Shown here: positions 1 to 10,282 of the stretch, one piece after another
How positions within the stretch are numbered: position 1 is the first letter of the stretch
Layout of the letters: each line of letters begins with the position of its first letter
Source of the DNA: an uncultured Chloroflexia bacterium
Lineage (GTDB): Bacteria > Chloroflexota > Limnocylindria > Limnocylindrales > CSP1-4
DNA: 64,000 bases
Direction: 5' to 3'
NCBI GenBank assembly: GCA_963833285.1
Contig: CAWHXM010000005.1
Coordinates: 675,448 to 739,447 of the forward strand
Notes under the pieces: model-generated
Told to the model about the DNA's origin: nothing
Database searches by the model: none
The model's input: only the letters and a program-made list of their open reading frames with translations
Translations under genes and position numbers: made by a program

Positions 1-1
1 C

Positions 2-634
2 TGCTTCGCCAGAGACGATGTGTCGCTCGACAAGCAAGCCGCCTTCTTCGTCGCCAAGGCTGGCAGCGCTCCGACATTCCTTGCCGTTGACAATGAGGGC
101 GCGCACGCCACGTCGACCGCGCGGACCGCCTACCTCATCAGCCGGATACGGTTCCACGACACGTTGCACCGCCAGGTCGGGCTCTACATGAGCGAGTCTG
201 GTTTCCAGGAGGCCGGCCAGGACTTCGATTGGGTCGCCAACTGGGCCAACAAGCCGCACCGCCCGTACCTGCTGTGGCAGTACCGCGGGTCGCCGCTCGA
301 CCTCGATCGATACGAGGGCACGGTCGCCCAGCTCAAGGCCGCGCTCGCGCCGTCGCTCATCCCGTCCGCTCCACCATCCGACACAGGAGGCAAAGTGGAA
401 CTCGCCAAGGCGAACCGCGCCGTAAAGGCCGAAGGCGGCCACGGCATCTTCTCCAAGCCCGTCAAGAATGCCGCCCTGGCGATCGATCCGGGCACCGAGC
501 CCGGGAAGGTGTACCCGCTCATCGGCAATCAGGATGGCTTCCAGTGCGTCTGGCTCGGGACGCGGGCGGGCTTCATCGCCAATGCCGATATCACCGAGTT
601 CCTGAACATGCCGCCGGCGCCATCGCCTGACTGA
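2..634 (+). CDS. GH25-type lysozyme (muramidase) C-terminal portion with SH3b-like tail; the 5' end lies outside the window
   Basis: The frame is open from the window edge. GLYMSESGF...WVANWA...LLWQYRGSPLDLDRYEG resembles the last strands of GH25 muramidases. High GC3. Confidence 0.5.
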   Translation, partial: CFARDDVSLDKQAAFFVAKAGSAPTFLAVDNEGAHATSTARTAYLISRIRFHDTLHRQVGLYMSESGFQEAGQDFDWVANWANKPHRPYLLWQYRGSPLDLDRYEGTVAQLKAALAPSLIPSAPPSDTGGKVELAKANRAVKAEGGHGIFSKPVKNAALAIDPGTEPGKVYPLIGNQDGFQCVWLGTRAGFIANADITEFLNMPPAPSPD

Positions 635-735
635 ACGCCACCGAAAGGGCCCGGCTGCCGTCCCCTCGTCCGCACGATGCGCGCCGGCGGTCCATGACAC
701 TTGATGGCCTCGAGGATCGACGAACGTCCGCGGTG

Positions 736-1257
736 TCAGACCGCCGAGCTCGGGCGCTCGGTCCAGTACAGGCACATCTCCTTGCCATGCTTGGCCCAGG
801 TGAACTCGCGCATCGCGGCGTGAACCTTCGCGGCAACGGCGCGAGATGGCGCGTTCTCAGGGGACACGAGCGAGCAGACGGCGTCGAACCGCGTGTTGGC
901 GAAGACCCAGGCGACGCAGGCACGGGCCGCCTCGGTGGCGTACCCGCGGCCCTGCTCCGGCGGGACGATGTGGTAACCCACCTCCGGGATCAGCTGGTCC
1001 TCGACGGGCTGGAGCATGGGTCCGCAGTCGCCGAGGAACCGCCCGTCCGAGCGCCGGATGACGGCCCACAAACCGAACCCGTGCTCCCTGTAGCTCCCGC
1101 GAGCCCACTCGATCCAGGCGACGATCCCGTCGCGGTCGAACGGCGCCGGGTAGTAGCGCATCGCGACGGGATCGCCCAGGACGTCGATGAGCGCGTCGAC
1201 GTCATCGAGTTCGAGCTCCCTCAGGAGAAGGCGTTCGGTCGCCATCACGTCCCGCAT
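736..1257 (-). CDS. GNAT family N-acetyltransferase (RimJ/RimL-like)
   Basis: ATERLLLRELELDDVDAL...VGYHIVPPEQGRGYATEAARACVAWVF shows the typical GNAT Q/RxxGxG/A core. The ATG at 1257 was chosen because the longer ORF start adds an Arg/Ser-rich non-protein-like leader. Confidence 0.8.
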   Translation of the reverse strand: MRDVMATERLLLRELELDDVDALIDVLGDPVAMRYYPAPFDRDGIVAWIEWARGSYREHGFGLWAVIRRSDGRFLGDCGPMLQPVEDQLIPEVGYHIVPPEQGRGYATEAARACVAWVFANTRFDAVCSLVSPENAPSRAVAAKVHAAMREFTWAKHGKEMCLYWTERPSSAV

Positions 1258-1366
1258 CCGCGCAGGATATGGACCACGCGCCACCGCGTCACGCTTGTCA
1301 GCTACGACACCGCGGAGTCGCAAGAGCGTCCTGTCCCTCGACGACTGTTCCGTGCGTCGGGCCCCG

Positions 1367-1567
1367 TCATCCGCATGAGCCGACGGCGTCCTTGAGCTCC
1401 ACCCCGATGACCAGGAAGTCGTCCTCGCCGGTGTTCTCAAGGGTGTGGGCGGGCGTCCCGTCAGACCACATGGTCCGCGGCATCGAGAACGGCGGGTACG
1501 ACGCACGGGTGTCGACGATCGTGGCGCCGGTCTCGTCGCGCCGGACGAAATGCGAGCCCGAGATCAT
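1367..1567 (-). CDS. Small cupin-like ORF (66 aa), possibly a truncated cupin
   Basis: Its ATG overlaps the TGA of the upstream GMC oxidoreductase (ATGA). SHFVRRDE...[22 protein letters not shown] resembles cupin motif 2. It is too short for a complete cupin barrel. Confidence 0.3.
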   Translation of the reverse strand: MISGSHFVRRDETGATIVDTRASYPPFSMPRTMWSDGTPAHTLENTGEDDFLVIGVELKDAVGSCG

Positions 1568-3237
1568 GTTGCGGTATCCGCCGGTTCGTGCCGGTAGAAC
1601 GGCGTGTGCTCCGCCGGCAGCGGCGTGTTCCCGAGGATCAGGTCCGCGGCCTTCTCGGCGAGCATCATGACCGGCGCGTAGATGTTGCCGTTGGTGATGT
1701 ACGGCATCGACGACGCATCCACGACGCGCAACCCGTCGAGCCCATGGACGCGCAGGGTCGACGGTTCGAGGACGGAGCCACCGTCCACCCCCATCCGCGC
1801 GGTGCACGATGGGTGGAGCGCGGTCTCGGCGTCGCGGGCGACCCAGTCGCGGATCTCGTCGTCGGTCGTCACCGACGCGCCCGGCGAGGTCTCCCCGCCG
1901 TTGTACGGCCCCAGCGCCGGCTGGTTGAGGATGTGCCGGGCGACCCGCACGGCTTCGACCCATTCGCGCCGGTCCTGCTCGGTCGAGAGGTAGTTGAAGC
2001 GCAGGGCGGGATGGTCGTGCGGGTCGGCCGTCTTGAGCGAGATCGACCCGCGCGCGTCGGAATACATCGGCCCGACGTGGACCTGGTAGCCGTGACCGGG
2101 CGTCCCGGCGCTGCCGTCGTAGCGGATCGACAACGGCAGAAAATGGAACATCAGGTTGGGATACGCGACGTCGTCGTTGCTCCGCGCGAACCCGCCGCCC
2201 TCGAAGTGGTTGGTCGCGCCCGGACCGCTGCGGAGGAACAGCCACTGCGCCCCGATGAACGGCCGCCGCCACTTCTGGGTCGCCGACGGCTGCATCGACA
2301 CCGGCTGGAGCGACTTGTGCTGGATGTACACCTCGAGATGATCCTGCAGGTTGTCGCCGACGCCGGGCAGATCGGCGTTCACCGGGATGCCGAGCGCGGC
2401 CAGATCCGCCGCCCGCCCCACCCCCGACAACTCGAGCAGTTGCGGCGAGTTGATCGCGCCACCGGCGAGGATGACCTCGCCGCCGAGGATCCGCTCGGTT
2501 CCCCCACCCTGCCGCTCGATGTCGACACCGACCGCGCGGTACCCCTCGAACACGATGCCCGTCACGAATGTTCGCGTCCGGACCGTCAGGTTCTTCCGCC
2601 CACGCACCGGGCGCAGGTACGCCTGCGACGCACTCAGTCGCCGGCCGTTGTGGATGTTCCGGTCGAACGCGGCGAAACCCTCCTGCCGGTAGCCGTTGAC
2701 GTCCTCGGTCAGCTGGTAGCCGGCCTCCTGGCAGGCCCCGAAGAACGCGGTGAAGAGCGGGTTCGTCGCCGGCCCGCGCTCGAGCATGAGCGGCCCCGAG
2801 TGCCCGCGCCACGGGTCGTCCGCGGCCGCCGCCAGGCACGTCTCCATCTTCTTGAAGTACGGCAGGCAATGGGCGTAGTCCCACGCCTCCATGCCTGAGT
2901 CCGCCGCCCAGCGCTCGTAGTCGAGCGGGTTGCCGCGCTGGAAGATCTGGCCGTTGATGCTCGACGAGCCGCCGAGCACCTTGCCGCGGGCGTGGTAGAC
3001 CCGCCGACCGTGCATGAACGGCTCCGGCTCGGACTCGTACTGCCAGTCGTACCAGCGGCTGCCGATCGGGAATGTCAGCGCCGCCGGCATGTGGATGAAG
3101 ACGTCGAACCGATAATCCGGCCGGCCGGCCTCGAGGACGAGGACGCGCGTCCCGGCGTCCGCCGACAATCGATTCGCCAGCACGCTCCCGGCCGAACCGC
3201 CGCCGACGATGATGAAGTCGTACCTCGGCGCCGTCAT
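1564..3237 (-). CDS. GMC family FAD oxidoreductase (choline dehydrogenase-like)
   Basis: N-terminal [22 protein letters not shown] Rossmann motif and a GMC signature region, with full-length colinearity to choline/alcohol dehydrogenases. An alternative start at 3279 is possible. Confidence 0.85.
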   Translation of the reverse strand: MTAPRYDFIIVGGGSAGSVLANRLSADAGTRVLVLEAGRPDYRFDVFIHMPAALTFPIGSRWYDWQYESEPEPFMHGRRVYHARGKVLGGSSSINGQIFQRGNPLDYERWAADSGMEAWDYAHCLPYFKKMETCLAAAADDPWRGHSGPLMLERGPATNPLFTAFFGACQEAGYQLTEDVNGYRQEGFAAFDRNIHNGRRLSASQAYLRPVRGRKNLTVRTRTFVTGIVFEGYRAVGVDIERQGGGTERILGGEVILAGGAINSPQLLELSGVGRAADLAALGIPVNADLPGVGDNLQDHLEVYIQHKSLQPVSMQPSATQKWRRPFIGAQWLFLRSGPGATNHFEGGGFARSNDDVAYPNLMFHFLPLSIRYDGSAGTPGHGYQVHVGPMYSDARGSISLKTADPHDHPALRFNYLSTEQDRREWVEAVRVARHILNQPALGPYNGGETSPGASVTTDDEIRDWVARDAETALHPSCTARMGVDGGSVLEPSTLRVHGLDGLRVVDASSMPYITNGNIYAPVMMLAEKAADLILGNTPLPAEHTPFYRHEPADTAT

Positions 3238-3481
3238 GACGCCCGATGCTAGCAGCGTCCGCGGCCGCGCTCGGATCAACTCCTGACGAGACGGCGGCGG
3301 GCCACCGTGGACCCGCCGCCGTCTGCCGCCTGGACCGAACCTTGCCCGCGGCCCGGATCCTCCCGACGGCTGGGTCGGATTCGGCGATCGTTACCTCGAT
3401 CGATACGTCCAGTGCGGGGCGCCGGTTTCGCGCGATGATGGGGACGCCGCGAGCCGCGGCCGCCAGGGAGGACGAGCCACG

Positions 3482-4186
3482 GTGACCGCGCTGGACTACG
3501 ACCGCTTCGACGCCCTCACGTTCGACTGCTACGGCACGCTCATCGACTGGGAGTCGGGCATCCTGGCCGGGCTCCGGCCGGTCGTGGCTCGGCGCGGCCT
3601 CGAGCCCTCGGACGACGAGCTCCTCGAGGCCTATGCCGCGTTCGAGGCGACCGCCGAGGCCGGCCCATACGTCCGCTACCGGGACATCCTGGGCCGCTCC
3701 CTGCGCGAGGTCGCGACGCGCTACGGGTTCGAGCCGGACGACGCCGAGGTCGCCGCCTTCTCCGATTCGGTGGGCGAGTGGCCGGCCTTCCCCGATTCGG
3801 CGGCGGCGCTGGCGAGGCTCCACGAGCGCTTCCGGCTGGGCGTCATCACGAACTGCGACGACGACCTGTTCGCGCGTTCCGCGGTCCGCTTGCGGACGAC
3901 GTTCGACTGGGTCGTGACCGCCCAGCAGGCCGGCGGCTACAAGCCGGACGAGCACACCTTCGAGGTCGCCTTCGAACGGATCGGGCTCCCACGCAAGCGG
4001 ATCCTGCACGTCGCGCAGAGCCTCTTCCACGACCACGTCCCGGCGCAACGGCTGGGCCTGACGACCGTCTGGATCGATCGCCGACACGATCGGCCGGGCT
4101 TCGGCGCGACGCCACCTGCGGAGGTCACACCGGACGCGACCTTCCCCGACATGGCCTCGTTCGCGGCGGACGCGACGGGAGGCTGA
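3482..4186 (+). CDS. HAD superfamily hydrolase (haloacid dehalogenase type II-like)
   Basis: FDALTFDCYGTLIDWE contains HAD motif I (DxYGT). ITNCDDD and KPD motifs follow. GTG start. Confidence 0.75.
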   Translation: MTALDYDRFDALTFDCYGTLIDWESGILAGLRPVVARRGLEPSDDELLEAYAAFEATAEAGPYVRYRDILGRSLREVATRYGFEPDDAEVAAFSDSVGEWPAFPDSAAALARLHERFRLGVITNCDDDLFARSAVRLRTTFDWVVTAQQAGGYKPDEHTFEVAFERIGLPRKRILHVAQSLFHDHVPAQRLGLTTVWIDRRHDRPGFGATPPAEVTPDATFPDMASFAADATGG

Positions 4187-4252
4187 GCGGCCAGGATCAG
4201 GGTCGGCGCTCGCTCACGCGCCAGTCTTGGGGCCAGCGCCCGCGCCCCCCGT

Positions 4253-4750
4253 TCAGGGAGCCGGCGAGCGCGCGACGAGGACAGGCACGGGCGCGTCGCG
4301 CACCACGTGCTCGGAGACACTGCCCATGAAGAACCGGTCGATGCCACGCCGGCCGTGCGAGCCGACGACGATGAGATCGACGCCCTCCGCCGCCGCGGCC
4401 TCGACGATCGATTCGCCGGGATCGCCCTCCCAGATGAGGCAGCGGATCGATACCCCCTCGCGACGGCCGCGATCGACGATCGTCTGTGCCGCGGTCTCGC
4501 GGGCAGAACGCGCCTGGTCCACACGCTGACGGAACCCGCCGCCCGGCAGCGACAGACCCCGCGGGTCGATCACGCTCACGAGGAGGACCGAGCTCCCGAG
4601 GTTCGCCGCCAGCTCGAAGGCGAGGCTCTCTGCGGCCGCCGATGCGGGCGAGAGGTCGCTCGCGAGCAGGATGGTCTGAATCGTCCGCGGCGCCCCATCG
4701 ACGCGCGAATCGACCCCGGTCTCCCCTGCGGCGTTCACGCGCGGCTCCAT
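4253..4750 (-). CDS. Universal stress protein (UspA family)
   Basis: ILLASDLSPAS...LIVVGSHGRRGIDRFFMGSVSEHVVRDAPVPVLV is the Usp ATP-binding G-2x-G-9x-G(S/T) region. Confidence 0.8.
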   Translation of the reverse strand: MEPRVNAAGETGVDSRVDGAPRTIQTILLASDLSPASAAAESLAFELAANLGSSVLLVSVIDPRGLSLPGGGFRQRVDQARSARETAAQTIVDRGRREGVSIRCLIWEGDPGESIVEAAAAEGVDLIVVGSHGRRGIDRFFMGSVSEHVVRDAPVPVLVARSPAP

Positions 4751-4875
4751 GCGATCCGGATACGCATGTCGGTAGGGTTGCGCCGCGCACGCGAGGCCTG
4801 GAAGTGACGTCCGGCCCCAAGGCGCCGTGCCGACTGGCCGCCCGCCCGCAAAGGGCCGCTGGTAGATTGCCGGAC

Positions 4876-6072
4876 ATGCACCCGGACACGCGTCCCTCCG
4901 AGACCCAGCCCGAGTCGACGCTGCTCACCGTCCGCGAGCTCGAGGCGCTGGTCGACGCGACACGCGAGATCGCCGCGATCCTGGACCTGGAGCCCGTCCT
5001 CCAGCTCATCGTGGACCGAGTCCGCAGCCTCGTCGGGGCCGACTATGCCGCCCTCGGCATCGTGGGCGCGAACGAGCGGATCGATCGCTTCATCACCAGC
5101 GGGATCAGCACCGAGGAACGCGCGCGCATCGGCGCCCCGCCACGAGGGTTGGGGCTGCTCGGGCTCATCATCCGCGAGGGCCGCTCGTACCGGATCGCGA
5201 ACATCGCCGAGCATCCCGACTCCGCAGGGTTCCCGCCGAACCATCCCCCGATGACCTCGTTCCTCGGCGTCCCGGTCAGCGTCCACGGCCGTTCGGTGGG
5301 CAACCTCTATCTGACCGACAAGCGCGACGCACCCGAGTTCAGCGACGCCGATCGCCTCCTCGTCGAGATGTTCTCGCTGCGGGCGGGGATCGCCATCGAG
5401 AACGCCCGGCTCCACGAACAGGTCCAGCGGCTGGCCGTGGTCGAGGAGCGCGAGCGCATCTCGCGCGACCTGCACGACGGGATCATCCAGGCGATCTACG
5501 GGGTCGCGCTCTCGCTCGAGGACGTCCCGTCGCTGATGGGCAGCGATCCCGAGGAGGCCGAGCAGCGGGTCGACCACGCGATCGATTCGCTCAACCTGGC
5601 CATCCGCGAGATCCGCACCTTCATCCTCGGGCTCCGCTCCGAGTTGCTCCACGGGGCGGATGTCGTGGCCGGCGTGGCGACGCTCGTCGAGGAGTTCGCC
5701 ACGAGCGGCACCGCCGACATCGAGCTCGAACTGTCGATCGACCCGCACATCGCCGCCGGGCTCCCGGTGAACCACCGCGTCCAGCTCCTGCAGATGACCC
5801 GCGAGGCGTTGAGCAACGCCACTCGCCACGCGCGCGCGACCACGATCCGACTCGCCTTGCGCAGCGTCGCCGGGGCCATCGTGTTGACCGTCGAGGACGA
5901 TGGCGTCGGCTTCGACGTGGGCGACGAGCCGCCGGCCGGGCACCTCGGCCTCGCGAATCTCCGTCAACGCGCGGCGGCGCTAGGGGGCATGATGACCATC
6001 GAGAGTTCACCGGGTGAGGGAACCAGGCTCGAGATCCGCATCCCGCTCGCCCCAGAGGAGCACCCGCCATGA
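4876..6072 (+). CDS. GAF-domain sensor histidine kinase (HisKA_3/NarX-DevS type)
   Basis: GAF region (LQLIVDRVRSLVGADYAALGIV...FLGVPV), H-box ERERISRDLHDGIIQ, and HATPase N/G boxes (EALSNATRHA, VEDDGVGF, GHLGLANL). The ATG at 4876 follows a non-protein-like ORF leader. Confidence 0.85.
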   Translation: MHPDTRPSETQPESTLLTVRELEALVDATREIAAILDLEPVLQLIVDRVRSLVGADYAALGIVGANERIDRFITSGISTEERARIGAPPRGLGLLGLIIREGRSYRIANIAEHPDSAGFPPNHPPMTSFLGVPVSVHGRSVGNLYLTDKRDAPEFSDADRLLVEMFSLRAGIAIENARLHEQVQRLAVVEERERISRDLHDGIIQAIYGVALSLEDVPSLMGSDPEEAEQRVDHAIDSLNLAIREIRTFILGLRSELLHGADVVAGVATLVEEFATSGTADIELELSIDPHIAAGLPVNHRVQLLQMTREALSNATRHARATTIRLALRSVAGAIVLTVEDDGVGFDVGDEPPAGHLGLANLRQRAAALGGMMTIESSPGEGTRLEIRIPLAPEEHPP

Positions 6073-6746
6073 CCGAACCGCGCCCCACCCCCGTCCTCCG
6101 GCTGCTCGTGGTCGACGACCACGAGGTCGTCCGCCAGGGCCTCGTGGCGCTGCTCGATCGACGTGAAGGCTTCCAGGTCGTGGCCGAGGCGGGCACGGTC
6201 GCAGAAGCCGTCGACCAGGCCCGCCGGCACCAGCCCGAGATCGTGATCATGGATGTCCGGCTCCCGGACGGTTCGGGCATAGAAGCGTGCCGCGAGATCC
6301 GGGCCGAGTTCCCCGCGACCCGCGTCGTGATGTTGACCTCCTACCCAGACGAGGAGGCCGTGCTGAGCGCGATCGTCGCCGGCGCCAGCGGCTACCTTCT
6401 CAAGCAGATCCGCGCCCGCGATCTGGTCGCCGCCCTCGAGGCCGTCGGTCGCGGCGAATCGCTCCTTGACCCGGCCGTCACCGAGAAGGTCCTCGAACGC
6501 ATCCGGCGGATCGCCACCGGTTCGCAGGAGACGGACGAGCTGTCGCAGTTGACCGGCCAGGAGCGCAAGATCCTGCTGCTTGTTGCGGAGGGTATGACCA
6601 ACAAGGAGATCGCCGCCCAGATCTTCCTGTCGGACAAGACGGTCAAGAACTACGTGAGCTCGATCCTCGCCAAGCTCAACCTGGAACGGCGCGCGCAGGC
6701 CGCCGCCTTCGTGGCCAAGCATCGGCTCGACCGCGGCGAGCTGTAG
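6069..6746 (+). CDS. NarL/LuxR-family response regulator (DevR/DosR-like)
   Basis: Receiver domain (LLVVDDHEVVRQGL...DVRLPDGSG) plus a LuxR HTH (LTGQERKILLLVAEGMTNKEIAAQIFLSDKTVKNYVSSIL). There is a 4-nt overlap with the kinase gene. Confidence 0.9.
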   Translation: MTEPRPTPVLRLLVVDDHEVVRQGLVALLDRREGFQVVAEAGTVAEAVDQARRHQPEIVIMDVRLPDGSGIEACREIRAEFPATRVVMLTSYPDEEAVLSAIVAGASGYLLKQIRARDLVAALEAVGRGESLLDPAVTEKVLERIRRIATGSQETDELSQLTGQERKILLLVAEGMTNKEIAAQIFLSDKTVKNYVSSILAKLNLERRAQAAAFVAKHRLDRGEL

Positions 6747-6769
6747 GGTCCCACCGCGGAACCCGCGGG

Positions 6770-7213
6770 TCACGGCCGGGTCGCCGCCGCGACGTAGTGC
6801 GGCAGCAGCGTCGCCCAGCCAGCGCGGTTCCGGTCGCGCCAGGTCTCACCGTCGGCGCCAAGGTGCTCCCAGCCGCGATGCTCGATCTCGACCAGCGTCG
6901 TGGCGTCGTCGCGCCCGATGAACCGGATCTCGACCTCGGTCGCATCGGCGCGATCGCGACGGATGTGCCAGAGGTAGGCGAGGCGGGCGGGCGGCTCCCA
7001 GGCGGTCACCTCACCCCAGTCATGCTCGGTGCCGTCGCGTGTCCGCTCGAAGATCCGCCCGCCGAGCCGGCGTTCGAGGACGACCGTCAGGCCGTCCTCG
7101 ACCGAGACCGTGTGGTCGGCCGGCCACCACTGCGCGATCCTGGCGGTCCAGACCTCGAAGGCGTGGGGCGCCGGACAGTCGACCTCGAAGGCGATGCGGA
7201 TCGGGTCGATCAC
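6770..7213 (-). CDS. SRPBCC / AHSA1-domain protein
   Basis: FEVDCPAPHAFEVWTARIAQWWP...GEVTAWEPPARLAYLW is typical of Aha1-like SRPBCC proteins. It is co-oriented with ArsR and overlaps it by 4 nt. Confidence 0.75.
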   Translation of the reverse strand: MIDPIRIAFEVDCPAPHAFEVWTARIAQWWPADHTVSVEDGLTVVLERRLGGRIFERTRDGTEHDWGEVTAWEPPARLAYLWHIRRDRADATEVEIRFIGRDDATTLVEIEHRGWEHLGADGETWRDRNRAGWATLLPHYVAAATRP

Positions 7214-7539
7214 CGCTCGGCGGTCGTGTTCTCGGCGAGCAGCCGGAAGCGCGCGGCCGCCTCGCCCCAGACACGTTCGAGGTAGCCGCGCACGGCCTCG
7301 ACGCCCTGGTCGTGGAGGCGGTAGACGCGCCGGGTGCCGCGCGGCTCCTCGACCACGAGCCCCGCCTCCTTGAGCAGCCGCAGGTGCCGCGACACGGCCG
7401 GCCGGCTGATCGGCAGCGCGTCGGCAAGCTCCCGGACGGATCGCTCGCGCGCCCCAAGGAGCTCGACGATGGCGCGCCGGTTGGGGTCGCCGAGGGCCTC
7501 GAACGGGTCGCGCGCGGGCGCCGCGGGTGACCTGCTCAC
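7210..7539 (-). CDS. ArsR/SmtB family transcriptional regulator
   Basis: FEALGDPNRRAIVELLGARERSVRELADALPISRPAVSRHLRLLKEAGLV is a winged HTH. The GTG at 7539 was chosen because the upstream gene stops at 7550. Confidence 0.8.
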   Translation of the reverse strand: MSRSPAAPARDPFEALGDPNRRAIVELLGARERSVRELADALPISRPAVSRHLRLLKEAGLVVEEPRGTRRVYRLHDQGVEAVRGYLERVWGEAAARFRLLAENTTAER

Positions 7540-7549
7540 ACCGCGCGAC

Positions 7550-7963
7550 TCAGATGGCACGCATCTTGTTGTTCTTCGCGTCGTGCGTGACCTCGGCCAG
7601 GCCGAGCGTCTCGAGCAGCGGCGGCATGTACACGCCGAACCGTCCGCGAAGGCCCTTCTTGAGCCCGTACCAGCCACCGACCGGGTTGTCCGCCGAGCGG
7701 CCCCACGCCTCGACCGTGCCCTCCGCGGCGGGCTTCTGCTCATCCGCCCCGCCGAGCGGCATCCAGTCGCCGTGCGCCTTGAGCATCGCGTGGAGGTCGT
7801 CGATGGCGCGCCGGTCGTACTTCAGCTGCGTTCCGCCGACCTGGCAGATGATGGCCGGCGGATCACCCGCGTCGTCGAGGTACATCTGGTACTCGGAGGT
7901 GCCCGGCGGTGTCTTGAGCACCCACGGGTCCGCCTTGGTGCCGCTGCCGCTGTGGTTCGCCAT
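7550..7963 (-). CDS. Conserved hypothetical protein, first gene of the ArsR-SRPBCC operon
   Basis: The ATG at 7963 is preceded by GGAGGGG. High GC3. The sequence MANHSGSGTKADPWVLKTPPGTSEY... gave no recognisable catalytic motif. Confidence 0.55.
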   Translation of the reverse strand: MANHSGSGTKADPWVLKTPPGTSEYQMYLDDAGDPPAIICQVGGTQLKYDRRAIDDLHAMLKAHGDWMPLGGADEQKPAAEGTVEAWGRSADNPVGGWYGLKKGLRGRFGVYMPPLLETLGLAEVTHDAKNNKMRAI

Positions 7964-8087
7964 CGTGCCCCTCCCGTGCTGCTGGTCATGGACCGGTCGC
8001 AAAGAGACTCGGTAACCTGAGGGTTACGGTAGCAGACGCCTGGAGCGCCGACAACCGCGCGGGCGTTGGCGAGCCGTTTGGGGCGCC

Positions 8088-9029
8088 TCAGTCCCAGAAG
8101 GCGACCGAGAGATAGCCGACGGTCCGGGCGGGCGGTCCGCCGGCGTCGGCCGAGGTCGCCGCCGCGAGACGCGCCGCGCGGGTCACACCGAGCGCCCGCA
8201 GCGCGGCGAGGCCGAGCACCGCCGGATCGATGCCGCACATGCCGCAGACGAGTCCCGAAGTGCGACCGCCGAGGACCGTGGCCTCGGCGGTCGCGAGGCC
8301 GACCGGGTCGAGGCGGAGGATCGGGCCGAGCAACTCGGTCGTCACCCGCGTGCAGGCCTCGTCGGGCGGGTAGTGGGCCATGTCCGAGCTGATCGCCACG
8401 ACGATCGGTCGTCCGGCGTCGCGCAGCCGCGGCGAGCAGACTCCCGAGACGGTGGCCGGCCGCGATCGCGGTCGCGCCGATCCCCGCCGCGACCGATAGC
8501 GGCACGATCGATGCCGCTGGACCGGCCGCCTGGACGCAGCGGCAGCTGGACCTCGATCGAATGCTCGCCGAGGTGGGCGTCACGGTCGATCGCGAACGGC
8601 GGCCCGAGGTCGACGATCGCCCGCGCGAGCTCGGCGTCGACCGGGACGTCCCCGAGCGGCGTCCGCCACGCCCCGGCCTCCCAGGCGGCCACGCCGTCCA
8701 GCCAGCCGGCTCCGTGGTTCGTGCCGAGCAGCACGACGGTCGGCGCGAGGGATCGCGCGGCAGCTTCCGCGAGCAGTCGCCATCCGGCCGCGGCGACGAG
8801 CACCGGAATAGACGAGGCCGGCGTGCGGGACGAGCAGCCCGGCGACCGGTCCGGCGACGCGGCTCCGTGGCCGGGGCCAGACGGTCGGCGCGTCGGCCAG
8901 GAGGCTGCTCGACCAGATGCCGAGCTGCGGCGCATCCGCCGGATAGAAGGACCCCGCGACCGCCGCGGCACGGACCGGGCCGCCGGCGACCGGTCCAGGG
9001 GCTCGACTGCCGATCGGGTGCGCGCTCAT
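8088..9029 (-). pseudogene. AmmeMemoRadiSam system protein B (Memo-like), split over three frames
   Basis: Consecutive pieces are found in ORFs 8580..9941 (MSAHPIG...VAGSFYPAD...LLVPHAGLVYSG), 8342..8971 (VLVAAAGWRLL...LLGTNHGAGW...HLGEHSIEVQLP), 7822..9237 (IVPLSVAAGIGATAIAAG) and 8088..8399 (ISSDMAHYPPDEA...GMCGIDP...YLSVAFWD). There are at least 3 frame changes. Confidence 0.65.
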
Positions 9030-10128
9030 CCGCACGGGATGCCGCGGCTCGGTGCGGTCCCGGTCCCGGTCCGCTCGAGGTCGCGGCCGGCGAGCGGGCG
9101 TCCGCAGTCCGGACAGGCACCGACGGCGGTGAGGTGCGAGCGGACCCGGTAGCCGTGGCGCTCGACGAGCACGCCGGCCGCAGCCCGACGCAGCGGGTGT
9201 CCTCGAGGCCCAGCTCCGGGGCGTTGCCGACGTACACGTGCGCCAGGCCGGCCTCCCGACCGATGTCTGCCGCACGGGCGAGCGTGGCCGAGCGGCGTGG
9301 CAGGCACGTCGAGCATCCGGTATGCCGGGAAGAACCGGCTCACGTGCCACGGCGTCTCGGCGCCCGAGGGTCTCCACGATCCAGGCGTCAGCGCGCGCAG
9401 CTCGACCGTCGTCGTCGTTGCGGCCGGGGATCACCAGCGTCGTGAGCTCGAGCCAGATCCCGGCCCGGCGCATCGCCACGATCGCATTCGAGCACCGGCG
9501 CCAGGCGTGCCGCCACAGACCTTCCGGTAGAAGCGCGTCGTCGAACGACTTCAGGTCGACGTTCGCCGCATCGAGGACCGGCGCCAGGAGGTCGACCGCC
9601 TCGGGCGTCGCATAGCCGTCGGTGACGAACAGGTTCCGGAGCCGGCTCCGCCGGGCCAGGCGCGCGATGTCGAGGGCGTACTCGAGGAAGACGGTCGGCT
9701 CGACGTAGGTGTAGGCGATCGAACCGGCCCCGTACGACCGGGCCTCGGCGACGACCTCCGTCCGGCGGTAGGACGCGGGCCGGGAGGTCGAGCCCCAGCC
9801 GCGGACCCTGGGCGATCTCCCAGTTCTGGCAGAAGCGTGCAGTGGAACGGGCAGCCCGCGGTCGCGATCGAGTAGCGCGGTCGAGCCCGGCGCGACGTGG
9901 AACAGCGGCTTCTTCTCGATCGGGTCGAGACCGACGGCCACGACCGCGCCGTAGGCGAGGCTCGATCAGCTGCCCGTCGCGGTTCTCGCGGACGCCGCAG
10001 ATGCCCTGCCGGCCGGGGCGGACGAGGCAGCGATGGGCGCACACGCCGCAGCGGACGCTCCCGTCCGCGAGGGGCGTCGCGAGGATGGTCGGGACCTGGG
10101 TCACCCGTGTGTCCGTGGCGGTCGGCAT
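9026..10128 (-). pseudogene. AmmeMemoRadiSam system radical SAM enzyme, split by at least 11 apparent +1 frameshifts
   Basis: The pieces cycle through the frames: MPTATD...CGVCAHRCLVRPGRQGICGVRENRDGQLI / AVGLDPIEKKPLFHVAPGST / YSIATAGCPFHCT / FCQNWEIAQG / EVVAEARSYGAGSIAYTYVEPTVFLEY...DLKSFDDA / FYRKVCGGT / LAPVLE / AIVAMRRAGIWLELTTLVIPGRNDDD / ETPWHVSRFFPAYRMLDVPATP / ATLARAADIGREAGLAHVYVGNAPE / VLVERHGYRV...CPDCGRPL. The ATG at 10128 has a GGAG upstream. The stop overlaps the Memo ATG (ATGA). Confidence 0.7.
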
Positions 10129-10282
10129 CTGGATGCTCCAGCCTCGAGTCTCGCCTTGCCGGGCCGGGCCGGATAGTGCCGGCCGGCCCGTCGATCGGGA
10201 GATCCCGCTCTGGTACGCCGGGAAGGCGTGGGTCCACGATCGGGATGGCGCACCGCGTCGAGCGGGGCGCACGAGCACGGCG

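Noticed and set aside
1367-4087. Very long ORFs antisense to, or out of frame with, recognised genes. Examples are the 906-aa minus ORF here, the 1029-aa plus ORF at 25590-28679, the 642-aa minus ORF at 61483-63411 and the 587-aa minus ORF at 12747-14510.
   Set aside because: These are Arg/Pro/Gly-rich, low-complexity translations that fully overlap genes with clear family motifs. They are typical shadow ORFs of a roughly 70% GC genome.
9842-10282. A 147-codon N-terminal extension of the AMMECR1 ORF.
   Set aside because: The extension is antisense to the radical-SAM gene 5' end and is Arg-rich. The internal ATG at 10283 leaves a normal-length AMMECR1 protein and a 154-bp divergent promoter gap.
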